Shown here piece after piece: positions 18,739 through 26,813 of a stretch of 29,078 bases of DNA. Origin of the DNA: Anaerolineales bacterium (GTDB lineage: Bacteria; Chloroflexota; Anaerolineae; Anaerolineales; UBA11858). Where the stretch lies: contig JARROG010000001.1 of NCBI GenBank assembly GCA_037384185.1, positions 1 through 29,078 on the forward strand, read 5' to 3'. Under the pieces are notes generated by a model, which was not told the DNA's origin, did not search any database, and saw only the letters and a list, made by a program, of their open reading frames with translations. Both the position numbers and the translations under genes were made by a program. Numbering within the stretch: the first letter of the stretch is position 1; each line of letters starts with the position of its first letter.

Positions 18739-18767
18739 TTGACCCCCTCAAATTGGCTGACTACAAT
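18739..18767 (+). promoter_or_regulatory. Sigma70-type promoter, leaderless ipk transcript
   Basis: TTGACC-N17-TACAAT-N6-ATG(18774). Confidence 0.7.
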
Positions 18768-18773
18768 AAGGTT

Positions 18774-19598
18774 ATGAATAAACCCGAAGGATCTTCACCA
18801 GGGGCTCGACTGGTTTTCCTGAAATTGGGGGGGTCCCTGATCACGGATAAACAAACCCCACGCACCGCCCGGGTGGAGATCATCCAACGCATCTGCGGTG
18901 AGATCAAAACTGCCCTGGCTGAGGATCCAGAACTGAGGATCTTGCTGGGGCATGGCTCAGGTTCTTTTGGTCATGTCTCAGGCAGCAAATACCAGACCCG
19001 GGATGGAGTGAGCTCCCCCTCGGACTGGCTGGGTTTTAGCAAAGTATGGCAGGACGCTTCAACCTTGAACCGGCTGATCATGGAAGCGCTGAACACTTCG
19101 GATCTGCCAGGGATCTGTTTTCCTCCCTCAGCTGGCATACTCTGCCAGGGAAGGAAAATCCTGACCTGGGACTTAAAGCCGCTGCGGGCCGCTTTGAATC
19201 ACAGACTCATCCCCGTTGTATACGGTGATGTCGTTTTTGACACGGACCTGGGAGGAACCATTCTTTCTACAGAAGATCTTTTCGTCTTCCTGGCGAAAGA
19301 GTTTAAACCGGACCGGATCCTGCTGGCAGGGCTCGATCCCGGGGTCTGGAAAGATTACCCGGAAAAGACCAGCCTCTTCACAGAAATCACCCCTGCGGAT
19401 CAGGTCCAGACTAATGAAGCTGTCGGCCGGTCAGCAGCAACAGACGTCACGGGCGGTATGGCAGAAAAGGTCAACCAGATGCTGGAGCTGATCAGCTCGA
19501 ACCCTGGGTTGGAAGCCGTGATCTTTTCAGGAGAAGATCCAGGCAGCATTCAGCAAGCGCTGCTGGGGACAGTTTCCGGCACCCGCATTCACAGCTGA
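18774..19598 (+). CDS. ipk: Isopentenyl phosphate kinase (amino acid kinase superfamily)
   Basis: FLKLGGSLITDK, GHGSGSFGH (IPK His signature), YGDVVFD, GTILSTE, DVTGGMAEK. Start moved from 18735 to 18774 based on promoter geometry. Confidence 0.9.
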   Translation: MNKPEGSSPGARLVFLKLGGSLITDKQTPRTARVEIIQRICGEIKTALAEDPELRILLGHGSGSFGHVSGSKYQTRDGVSSPSDWLGFSKVWQDASTLNRLIMEALNTSDLPGICFPPSAGILCQGRKILTWDLKPLRAALNHRLIPVVYGDVVFDTDLGGTILSTEDLFVFLAKEFKPDRILLAGLDPGVWKDYPEKTSLFTEITPADQVQTNEAVGRSAATDVTGGMAEKVNQMLELISSNPGLEAVIFSGEDPGSIQQALLGTVSGTRIHS

Positions 19599-19639
19599 AA
19601 CCCGGATTGCCCCACACCGCGAGGATGAATCCGCTCAGT

Positions 19640-19645
19640 TATAAT
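19640..19645 (+). promoter_or_regulatory. Possible -10 element for the dynamin gene
   Basis: Perfect TATAAT about 30 nt upstream of the ATG; GAGG SD at 19667-19670; no clear -35. Confidence 0.45.
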
Positions 19646-19674
19646 GAAGGCATACTTAGTATCGTTGAGGTTCA

Positions 19675-21408
19675 ATGGAAGTCTTAAATAAAGCTCAGCA
19701 GGACCTGCTTGCCAGGGAAAGACAAGTACTTAACAACCTGCAGCTAACTCTGGTGGAATACGGTGTTCAGGATAGGGATCAGCAGGCGCTGATGGAATCC
19801 ATCCAGCAGCTGGACGATTTTTTCCTGCTGGTCGTCGTGGGTGAATTCAACGCCGGGAAAAGCTCATTCATCAATGCTCTGCTGGGAGATCGCATCCTGG
19901 AAGAAGGCGTGACCCCCACCACAACCAAAGTGAATATCCTCCGCTATGGGGAAACCAAAGGAAAGACTATCCTCAGCGAGAACATAGAAAGCTTGACGCT
20001 GCCGGCTCCCTACTTGAAAGATATCAGCATTGTCGATACGCCAGGAACCAACGCGGTCATCCGTGAACATGAGGAGATCACCTCCCTCTTCGTTCCCCGC
20101 TCCGATTTGATCCTTTTTGTCACCTCGGCGGACAGACCCTATACGGAGAGCGAACGCGCCTTCCTGGAGGCCATCCAAGCCTGGGGGAAGAAGGTCGTCC
20201 TGGTCATCAATAAAATCGATATCCTGGAAACGGACCAGGCCCAGCAGGAAATCCAGAAATACGTCGCTGAGAACGTCAAGAATGTGTTGAAAATTGATCC
20301 AGTGATCTTCCCCGTCAGTTCCCGCCTGGCGTTGAAAGCTAAGAAAGGTGAGCCGGCTGCCTGGGAAAAGAGCAAATTCGAGCCCCTGGAAACCTACATC
20401 CTGGAGACCCTGGATGAGGAAAGCCGACTGAAATTGAAGCTGCTCAATCCCTTGGGGGTGGGCAAACGCCTGACGGATCAGTACTCCGAGTTTTATGACA
20501 GCAGAATAAAGCTGTTACGAGAAGATCTGTCCTTGATCAAGGACATTGAAGACCAGCTGAATATTTTTCGGAAAGATATGCTGGAAAGCTTCGAGCTGAG
20601 GATGTCCGACATCGTCAAGGTCCTGCTGGAGATGGAACAGCGAGGAGAGGATTTTTTCAGCGAATACATCCGGTTAGCCAGGATCTTCGATCTGCTGAAA
20701 AAGGAAAAAATCCAGGCTGCCTATGAGAAGGAAGTTGTGGCAGATGTGCCGGATCAAATTGAGAAGAAAGTCACCGGAATCATCGACTGGCTGGTGGACT
20801 CCAACCTGAGGCAGTGGCAGGCGATCACCGACCATATCGCGGAGGGCCGCCAGAAGTATAAAGGGCGCATGGTGGGGGATATCGGGAGCTTCATCTATGA
20901 CCGGGAGCGGCTGATCATCAGCATCCGGGATGAAGCTAACCGGGTGATCAAAACTTATGATAAAGTCCGCGAGGCGGATGAGATTGCCCGCAGATCCCAG
21001 AACGCTGTTGCTGCCACAGCAGCTATCAGTGCCGGGGCGGTAGGATTGGGAACCCTGGTTGCTGCGCTGGCATCCACAGTGGCAGTGGACGTCACGGGGA
21101 TATTACTGGCAGGTGCAATGGCAGCTTTGGGTTTATTCATCATTCCCACACGCCGCCGGAATGCCAAGAAGGAAATGCGCCAGAAGGTCAAAGCATTACG
21201 CGACCAGCTGACCAGCGCCCTGACCGAGCATTTCAGCCAGGAAATTGAACGCGGCCTGCAGGATATCTGGGATACCATAACCCCCTATACAAGGTTCATT
21301 CGGGCAGAAAACGAGAAGAACCAACAGGCCCTGGAGACATTAAAGGGCTACCAGGCTGAAATTATCCAGCTTGAGAGCGAAATCGAGGGATCAAACAGGG
21401 GGTCGTAA
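19675..21408 (+). CDS. Bacterial dynamin-like GTPase (FZL/mitofusin-like)
   Basis: G1 GEFNAGKSS, G2 GVTPTT, G3 DTPG, G4 NKID; helical stalk; hydrophobic hairpin AVAATAAISAGAVGLG...ALGLFIIP; C-terminal coiled coil. Confidence 0.88.
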   Translation: MEVLNKAQQDLLARERQVLNNLQLTLVEYGVQDRDQQALMESIQQLDDFFLLVVVGEFNAGKSSFINALLGDRILEEGVTPTTTKVNILRYGETKGKTILSENIESLTLPAPYLKDISIVDTPGTNAVIREHEEITSLFVPRSDLILFVTSADRPYTESERAFLEAIQAWGKKVVLVINKIDILETDQAQQEIQKYVAENVKNVLKIDPVIFPVSSRLALKAKKGEPAAWEKSKFEPLETYILETLDEESRLKLKLLNPLGVGKRLTDQYSEFYDSRIKLLREDLSLIKDIEDQLNIFRKDMLESFELRMSDIVKVLLEMEQRGEDFFSEYIRLARIFDLLKKEKIQAAYEKEVVADVPDQIEKKVTGIIDWLVDSNLRQWQAITDHIAEGRQKYKGRMVGDIGSFIYDRERLIISIRDEANRVIKTYDKVREADEIARRSQNAVAATAAISAGAVGLGTLVAALASTVAVDVTGILLAGAMAALGLFIIPTRRRNAKKEMRQKVKALRDQLTSALTEHFSQEIERGLQDIWDTITPYTRFIRAENEKNQQALETLKGYQAEIIQLESEIEGSNRGS

Positions 21409-21409
21409 G

Positions 21410-21438
21410 TTGACAGCGGCCTGGCGGTGAATTATAGT
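21410..21438 (+). promoter_or_regulatory. Near-consensus sigma70 promoter for dgt(-greA)
   Basis: TTGACA(21410-15)-N17-TATAGT(21433-38), immediately after the dynamin stop. Confidence 0.8.
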
Positions 21439-21446
21439 GGTTCTGC

Positions 21447-21455
21447 TTATCCACA
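21447..21455 (+). promoter_or_regulatory. DnaA box
   Basis: Exact TTATCCACA between the predicted -10 and the GAGGA SD of dgt. Confidence 0.6.
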
Positions 21456-21474
21456 CCTGGAAAGCGAGGATTCA

Positions 21475-22626
21475 ATGGCAATAACAAGAGAACAGAGAGA
21501 AGAGCTTGAAAATACCTGCCTGGCCCCCTACGGCATCCGCAGCAAAGACAGCAAAGGCCGGGCTTATCCAGATACACCCCCCAAATACCGGACAGCATTT
21601 CAGCGGGACCGGGACAGGATCCTGCATACAACCGCTTTCCGCCGCCTGGAATATAAGACCCAGGTGTTTCTCAACACGGAAGGTGATTATTATCGGACCA
21701 GGCTGACACATACCCTTGAAGTCGCCCAGATCGGCCGAACAGCTGCCCGGGCGCTGGGAGCCAACGAGGATCTCGAGGAAGCCATCTGCCTGGCCCACGA
21801 TCTGGGACACTCCCCTTTCGGACACTCTGGTGAACACATCCTCAATCAATTGATGGCAGACGAGGGCGGCTTCGACCACAACAAACAATCTCTGCGAATC
21901 GTGACCAAACTGGAGAAACGTTTTGAAGATCACCCGGGGCTGAACCTGACCTGGGAAACCCGAGAGGGCATCGTCAAACATGAGACCGAATATGACATCT
22001 CCGACGCAAATGATTATGATCCTCATCTGCGGGGGCACCTGGAAGCCCAGATCGCCAATGCTGCCGATGAACTGGCTTACTCAGCCCACGACCTTGATGA
22101 CGGTCTGCGTTCTGGCTTGATCACCTCGAGAAGTCTCCAGGACCTGGAAATCTGGAATATGCTGGTTGAAAGCGTGGGATGGCAGGGAAGTGTTCTGAAC
22201 GAACTGGACCGAAAAAAGATCATTCGCAGAATGATCGGGATCGAAATGAGGGATCTGATCGAAACCACCGACAAAATGATCCAGGAAAGCGGGGTGTCGT
22301 CTGTGGAGGAACTGCAGCTGCTTGATCACAATGTGATCAGCTTCAGTCCGGAGCTTGATGACATGAACAGAGCCCTGAAAGACTTCTTATACGCAAATCT
22401 CTACAAACACCACCGCGTGATCCGCATGCAGGTAAAAGCCGAGGGAATCATCAGCGACCTGTTCAACGCCTACGAACAGAATCCCTTGATGCTGCCGGAA
22501 CATATCCAGGCCAATATTGAAGCAAGAGGCCTCAAGCGGGCGATCTGCGATTATATTGCGGGAATGACAGACCGATTCGCAATTGATGAACACCAAAAAC
22601 TATTTGACCCCACCAGACGACCGTAA
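21475..22626 (+). CDS. dgt: Deoxyguanosinetriphosphate triphosphohydrolase (HD domain)
   Basis: RDRDRILHTTAFRRLEYKTQVF, RTRLTHTLEV, HDLGHSPFGH, AYSAHDLDDG, DYIAGMTD. Start moved to ATG 21475, which has a GAGGA SD. Confidence 0.93.
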   Translation: MAITREQREELENTCLAPYGIRSKDSKGRAYPDTPPKYRTAFQRDRDRILHTTAFRRLEYKTQVFLNTEGDYYRTRLTHTLEVAQIGRTAARALGANEDLEEAICLAHDLGHSPFGHSGEHILNQLMADEGGFDHNKQSLRIVTKLEKRFEDHPGLNLTWETREGIVKHETEYDISDANDYDPHLRGHLEAQIANAADELAYSAHDLDDGLRSGLITSRSLQDLEIWNMLVESVGWQGSVLNELDRKKIIRRMIGIEMRDLIETTDKMIQESGVSSVEELQLLDHNVISFSPELDDMNRALKDFLYANLYKHHRVIRMQVKAEGIISDLFNAYEQNPLMLPEHIQANIEARGLKRAICDYIAGMTDRFAIDEHQKLFDPTRRP

Positions 22627-22650
22627 GCATCCATTTGAAGGAAAAAACGT

Positions 22651-23124
22651 ATGCAGGATCAAGATAAAATCTATTTGACCCAAGAAGGCAAGCAAGAACT
22701 CGAGGCGGAATTGGCTGAGCTGGAAGGTCCGCGGCGGGAAGAGATTGCTGCTAGATTGAAGTCCGCTATCGAGATGGGAGATCTATCAGAGAATGCGGAT
22801 TACCATAAAGCCAAGGAAGACCAGGGCTTTTTGGAAGGCAAGATTCTGGAAATCAAACACACCCTGCACCACGCGATCGTTATCAACACGAATGATAACG
22901 GAAAGGACAAGGTCACTGTTGGCTGCAAGGTAACCGTCCAGGAAGATGATTTTCCACCTGAGACTTATTACCTGGTAGGCAGCAAGGAAGCCGACCCGAC
23001 AGCCAACAAGATCTCCCATATCTCCCCCATCGGACGCGCGCTGCTGGATAAGCGGGTTGGTGATTCGGTGGATATCAAGACGCCAGGTGGTGAGTTCAAC
23101 CTCAAGGTCCTGAAGATCGAATAG
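22651..23124 (+). CDS. greA: Transcription elongation factor GreA
   Basis: YLTQEG, GDLSENADYHKAKEDQ, ISHISPIGRALL, TPGG. Confidence 0.96.
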   Translation: MQDQDKIYLTQEGKQELEAELAELEGPRREEIAARLKSAIEMGDLSENADYHKAKEDQGFLEGKILEIKHTLHHAIVINTNDNGKDKVTVGCKVTVQEDDFPPETYYLVGSKEADPTANKISHISPIGRALLDKRVGDSVDIKTPGGEFNLKVLKIE

Positions 23125-23143
23125 TCAGGACAAATACCCTGAT

Positions 23144-23180
23144 AAAAAAATACTCCCGGAGCAAAATGCCCGGGAGTATT
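23144..23180. terminator. Intrinsic terminator between convergent genes (stronger on the minus strand)
   Basis: AATACTCCCGG (23149-59) / CCGGGAGTATT (23170-80) stem; the A-run at 23144-50 gives a U-tract on the minus strand. Confidence 0.8.
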
Positions 23181-23203
23181 TGGTTAATCAACCTAGGTAT
23201 ATG

Positions 23204-24247
23204 TTAGAACTCGTCAAAATCGAAGGCTTCAGCCTCATCAACCCCATCATTGGGCCAGACGGATAATTCAATGGATAGACGCTCAAAGAAGCTTTCCTCT
23301 GGAAGTGGGCCTTCACCGTAGCCCATATCCATCACCCGGCCAATTACCTGCAGGTTGTTGGTGCTGAGAATAAACTCGACTCCGGGCTCCGCCAGCACTG
23401 GCTCGCCCTTCTTTTCCAATTCAGAACGGATGACATCGTCATAAAAAGCGTGGCCGCTCATCAGGACTTTCGTCACCGTCTTGATATCATTCTGGTCAAA
23501 TAGCCAAACTTCGAAAGCAGTCACCCGCTTTGGCTCCCCGACACCGATGGCTTCCGAGATACCTACTCCGCATTCACCAAGGAACTCTCCGGCGGCAGAT
23601 TCAATGCTGAAGGAATCATCGAAAAGGTTATCACCCAGGACATAGGTTGTGACAAACTGATGCATGGGTGGTGCCTCACCCTTATCAGCGTAATCCGTGG
23701 TATCGATCTTCGCAGTGATCTCCTGGGCCATGTTCGCTGCACTCTTTGGGGAGATGGTGCCTCCTGCTGAACGCCTGGCCAGGAAATACCGCACTACCAG
23801 AGCCGCTGCCAGCAAGACAGTGATCAGCAAAGCCCATTTGAGCAAATTACCGCCTGATTTTTCCTCCACCGGAGCATAGTCTTCCAGCGGATCGGTGAAC
23901 ATGCTCATCTCCACAACAGCCCGGAAAGAATCGATATCGCTGATCAGCTGTTCCTCGGGATTGAATTCGATGTCAGACAGATATTTTGAAGCGTCTTCAC
24001 CCAGTTGATTGTAGCGAGCCTCCGCCAGGGCCGCATCCTGATTGAGGGCATAGGAATCGATCGCCATCCGCAGGTAATCTACTTTGAGATCCTCCCGCAG
24101 AGTTGCGATATCCCCATCCACATATTCGACCGGACTGATAACCCAGCCATAAAGCAAACCCAGGATGATTCCCACCACTACGCCGACAGCAGCCATGATG
24201 GGCGGGCTGTTAATCCCTTTCTTGAAACTTTCCTGTACAGTGTCCAT
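23204..24247 (-). CDS. Hypothetical membrane protein (two TM segments, acidic C-terminal tail)
   Basis: 347 aa ORF with a GGAGA SD, its own predicted promoter and a terminator; TM1 at about aa 17-38 and TM2 at about aa 136-156. Confidence 0.8.
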   Translation of the reverse strand: MDTVQESFKKGINSPPIMAAVGVVVGIILGLLYGWVISPVEYVDGDIATLREDLKVDYLRMAIDSYALNQDAALAEARYNQLGEDASKYLSDIEFNPEEQLISDIDSFRAVVEMSMFTDPLEDYAPVEEKSGGNLLKWALLITVLLAAALVVRYFLARRSAGGTISPKSAANMAQEITAKIDTTDYADKGEAPPMHQFVTTYVLGDNLFDDSFSIESAAGEFLGECGVGISEAIGVGEPKRVTAFEVWLFDQNDIKTVTKVLMSGHAFYDDVIRSELEKKGEPVLAEPGVEFILSTNNLQVIGRVMDMGYGEGPLPEESFFERLSIELSVWPNDGVDEAEAFDFDEF

Positions 24248-24301
24248 AGTCTATCTCCGTTGAATATTGGAAGTTGTGATACCTGGAGGCTGGCTACTGA
24301 T

Positions 24302-24330
24302 ATTGTAGACGAGAGATGGTATTCCTGCAA
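24302..24330 (-). promoter_or_regulatory. Sigma70-type promoter for the hypothetical membrane protein gene
   Basis: Minus strand TTGCAG-N17-TACAAT; leader about 48 nt. Confidence 0.55.
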
Positions 24331-24427
24331 TGCTCTCCAGCCTCGCACTCTTTAGATGCAAGGAATGTGCCAGACTGCAAGGAGTTGACAGGGATTTTGG
24401 AAAGCATCAAACTGGGCCCATTTAATG

Positions 24428-24460
24428 AAAAAAGCGGTGGAAAGCAAATTCCACCGCTTT
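24428..24460 (-). terminator. Intrinsic terminator after topA
   Basis: 12-bp perfect stem AAAGCGGTGGAA / TTCCACCGCTTT with a 6-nt loop; U-run on the minus strand. Confidence 0.85.
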
Positions 24461-24480
24461 ATTTAACCGGAGTCCGCGTT

Positions 24481-26793
24481 TCAGTCCTCTTGAACGATTT
24501 TTTTCTTGCTGAACTCAAGAGAACATTCAGTACATTCAGCCCGCTTTTTATTCTTGTCAACCAGCAGTCCCCCACAGTTAGGACAGGGCTGTGGCAGAGG
24601 TTTCTTCCAGGAGGCGAAATCACATTCGGGATAATTCTCACAGCCGTAGAATATCCTGCCTTTCTTGGTTTTCCTCTCAATCAGTTCTCCGCCGTCCTCA
24701 GGACAGGTTACGCCGATCTTCTCGACCCAGCGCTCAGTATGCTGACATTCAGGATGGTTGCTGCAGCCAACGTACAAACCATACCGGCCCCAGCGCTGTA
24801 CCAGCTCGCCCCCGCACTCAGGGCATTTTTTATCCACTGGAATATATACTGGCTCGATCTCAGGCATCTCTTCCCGGGCATATTCCAGCTGATCAGCAAA
24901 GGGACCGTAAAATTCCCGAACGCTTTCCCGCCAATCCTTTTCGCCGGAAGCCACCAGATCGAGTTCTTCTTCCATCTCAGCCGTGAAACTGGTATCGACA
25001 ATTGACGAGAAATATTCCGAAACCAGGTCATTGACGATAAACCCTGTCCGGGTTGGGACCAGCCGCCGATTGTCTCTGGTCACGTATCCGCGCTGCACAA
25101 GTTTCCCCATGATTGGCGCATAGGTTGACGGCCTGCCAATCCCGTTCTCTTCCAGGGCGCTGACAAGGGAGGCCTCAGAAAACCGGGCTGGAGGCTTCGT
25201 GAAGTGCTGATCCGGGAGCAGCTGCAGCAGGCGCTGAGTCTGGCCTTTTGCCAAATCATCCGGAATGCTTTCCAGATCTTTTTCTGCGTCAGAACCATTC
25301 CCATTCGGGCGGCTGTAAACCTTTAAGAATCCGGGGAATCTCAATTTCGAGCCTGATGCCCGCAGGACATAGGCGTGCTGCTGGCCGTCTGCGCCCACAA
25401 TGACGCTGATGGTATCATATTCAGCCTGTGCCATTTGAGATGCCAAGAAACGCTTCCAGATCAGTTTATATAGTCGGTACTGGTCACCCTTGAGGTAGCT
25501 TTTTATAGACCTGGGGGTTCTGGCAACCAGGGTCGGCCGAATAGCCTCATGGGCTTCCTGGGCTCGTTTGGTTTTAGTCTCGTACTGGGGAATCTGCTCC
25601 GGCAGATAATCTGTGCCATACACCTTTTCAACAAATTTCCGGGCGTTGGTTTGAGCGACCTCAGCGATATTGGTGGAGTCTGTCCTCATATAGGTGATCA
25701 ACCCGGTTTCACCGTCATTACCGACATCGATTCCCTGGTAAAGCTGTTGGGCGACTGCCATGGTCTTTTTTGCAGAAAAATTCAGCTGGCGAGACGCTTC
25801 CTGCTGAAGCGTGCTGGTGATGAAAGGGGGATAGGGATTGCGAACCCGAGAACCCCGCCGGATCTTGCGGACCTCATAATGGGCCTTTTCCAGATCCTGG
25901 ATGACAGGATCCAGCTCGGCTTTGGACTCAATCCGCAGTTTTTTTCCATCGATATGGGTCAGACTGGCTTTATAACCAGTTTTCGACTGGTTCCCTTCAG
26001 GGAGCAGCTCAGCTGCAATGGACCAGTATTCCTGGGGTACAAAGGCTTCTATCTCCCGTTCGCGGTCCACGATCAAGCGTAGAGAGACCGATTGCACCCG
26101 CCCTGCAGTCAGGCCGCCCCGAACCTTTTCCCACAGGATAGGGCTGATCTGGAAACCTACCAGTCGGTCGACGATTCTCCGGCCCTGCTGGGCATCCACC
26201 AGATCCATATTGAGCTTGACCGGATGGGAAAATGCATCCTGGATAGATTCCTTGGTAATCTCATGGAATACCACCCGCTGGGTTCGATCTGGATCCAAAT
26301 CGGCTGATTCCATCAGGTGCCAGGCTATGGCTTCCCCTTCCCGGTCAAGGTCGGTTGCCAGGTAGATTTCCTCTGCCTCTTCGCCCAGTTTTTTGATCTC
26401 TTTAACAACGTCCCTTTTATCATTTGGAACGCGGTAGGTCGGTTCAAAATTATCATCAATATCAATAGACAGGCGGGATTTTAGCAGATCTCTGACATGG
26501 CCAACGGATGCGACCACGGTAAAGTCCTTTCCCAGATAGCGGCCGATGGTGCGGGCTTTGGCCGGGGACTCAACGATCACCAATTTCCCGTTGCGAGGTT
26601 TACGTTTTGGTTTACGGCGGGTATTCTCTGGCGGCGTGAGGCCTTCATGGGCCGCAGTCTTCCCCATCCGAAACATATTCGTCCCGCAAACAGAGCAAAC
26701 CCCCGATGTGGCTGGCGTTCCTGTTTTGGTGAACACAGCCTGGGGGGACTCCATCTCTCTTTTTTCCTTACACTTCACACAATAAGCCTTCAA
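24481..26793 (-). CDS. topA: Type IA DNA topoisomerase I with N-terminal DUF5679-like CxxC..CxxC domain and three C-terminal zinc ribbons
   Basis: Toprim LVIVESPAKA, ATDLDREGEAIAWH, SLTAGRVQ-like GLTAGRVQS, catalytic GLITYMRTDS, GIGRPSTYA. TTG start with a GGGAGGT SD 5 nt upstream. Confidence 0.96.
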   Translation of the reverse strand: MKAYCVKCKEKREMESPQAVFTKTGTPATSGVCSVCGTNMFRMGKTAAHEGLTPPENTRRKPKRKPRNGKLVIVESPAKARTIGRYLGKDFTVVASVGHVRDLLKSRLSIDIDDNFEPTYRVPNDKRDVVKEIKKLGEEAEEIYLATDLDREGEAIAWHLMESADLDPDRTQRVVFHEITKESIQDAFSHPVKLNMDLVDAQQGRRIVDRLVGFQISPILWEKVRGGLTAGRVQSVSLRLIVDREREIEAFVPQEYWSIAAELLPEGNQSKTGYKASLTHIDGKKLRIESKAELDPVIQDLEKAHYEVRKIRRGSRVRNPYPPFITSTLQQEASRQLNFSAKKTMAVAQQLYQGIDVGNDGETGLITYMRTDSTNIAEVAQTNARKFVEKVYGTDYLPEQIPQYETKTKRAQEAHEAIRPTLVARTPRSIKSYLKGDQYRLYKLIWKRFLASQMAQAEYDTISVIVGADGQQHAYVLRASGSKLRFPGFLKVYSRPNGNGSDAEKDLESIPDDLAKGQTQRLLQLLPDQHFTKPPARFSEASLVSALEENGIGRPSTYAPIMGKLVQRGYVTRDNRRLVPTRTGFIVNDLVSEYFSSIVDTSFTAEMEEELDLVASGEKDWRESVREFYGPFADQLEYAREEMPEIEPVYIPVDKKCPECGGELVQRWGRYGLYVGCSNHPECQHTERWVEKIGVTCPEDGGELIERKTKKGRIFYGCENYPECDFASWKKPLPQPCPNCGGLLVDKNKKRAECTECSLEFSKKKIVQED

Positions 26794-26813
26794 AACCTAC
26801 CTCCCAATAAAAA

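Noticed and set aside
21426-21439. NrdR box over the dgt -10
   Set aside because: Only one half-site (ATAGTG) matches the palindrome.
19675-22626. Dynamin + dGTPase as an anti-phage defence pair
   Set aside because: Both families have anti-phage members, but the context is core housekeeping genes with no defence-island or mobility markers, and dgt has its own promoter. It cannot be excluded without a phylogeny.
24385-24460. Plus-strand TTGACA-N17-CAAACT followed by the topA terminator hairpin, suggesting a tiny sRNA
   Set aside because: The -10 lacks its first T, the product would be little more than the terminator itself, and there is no other support.
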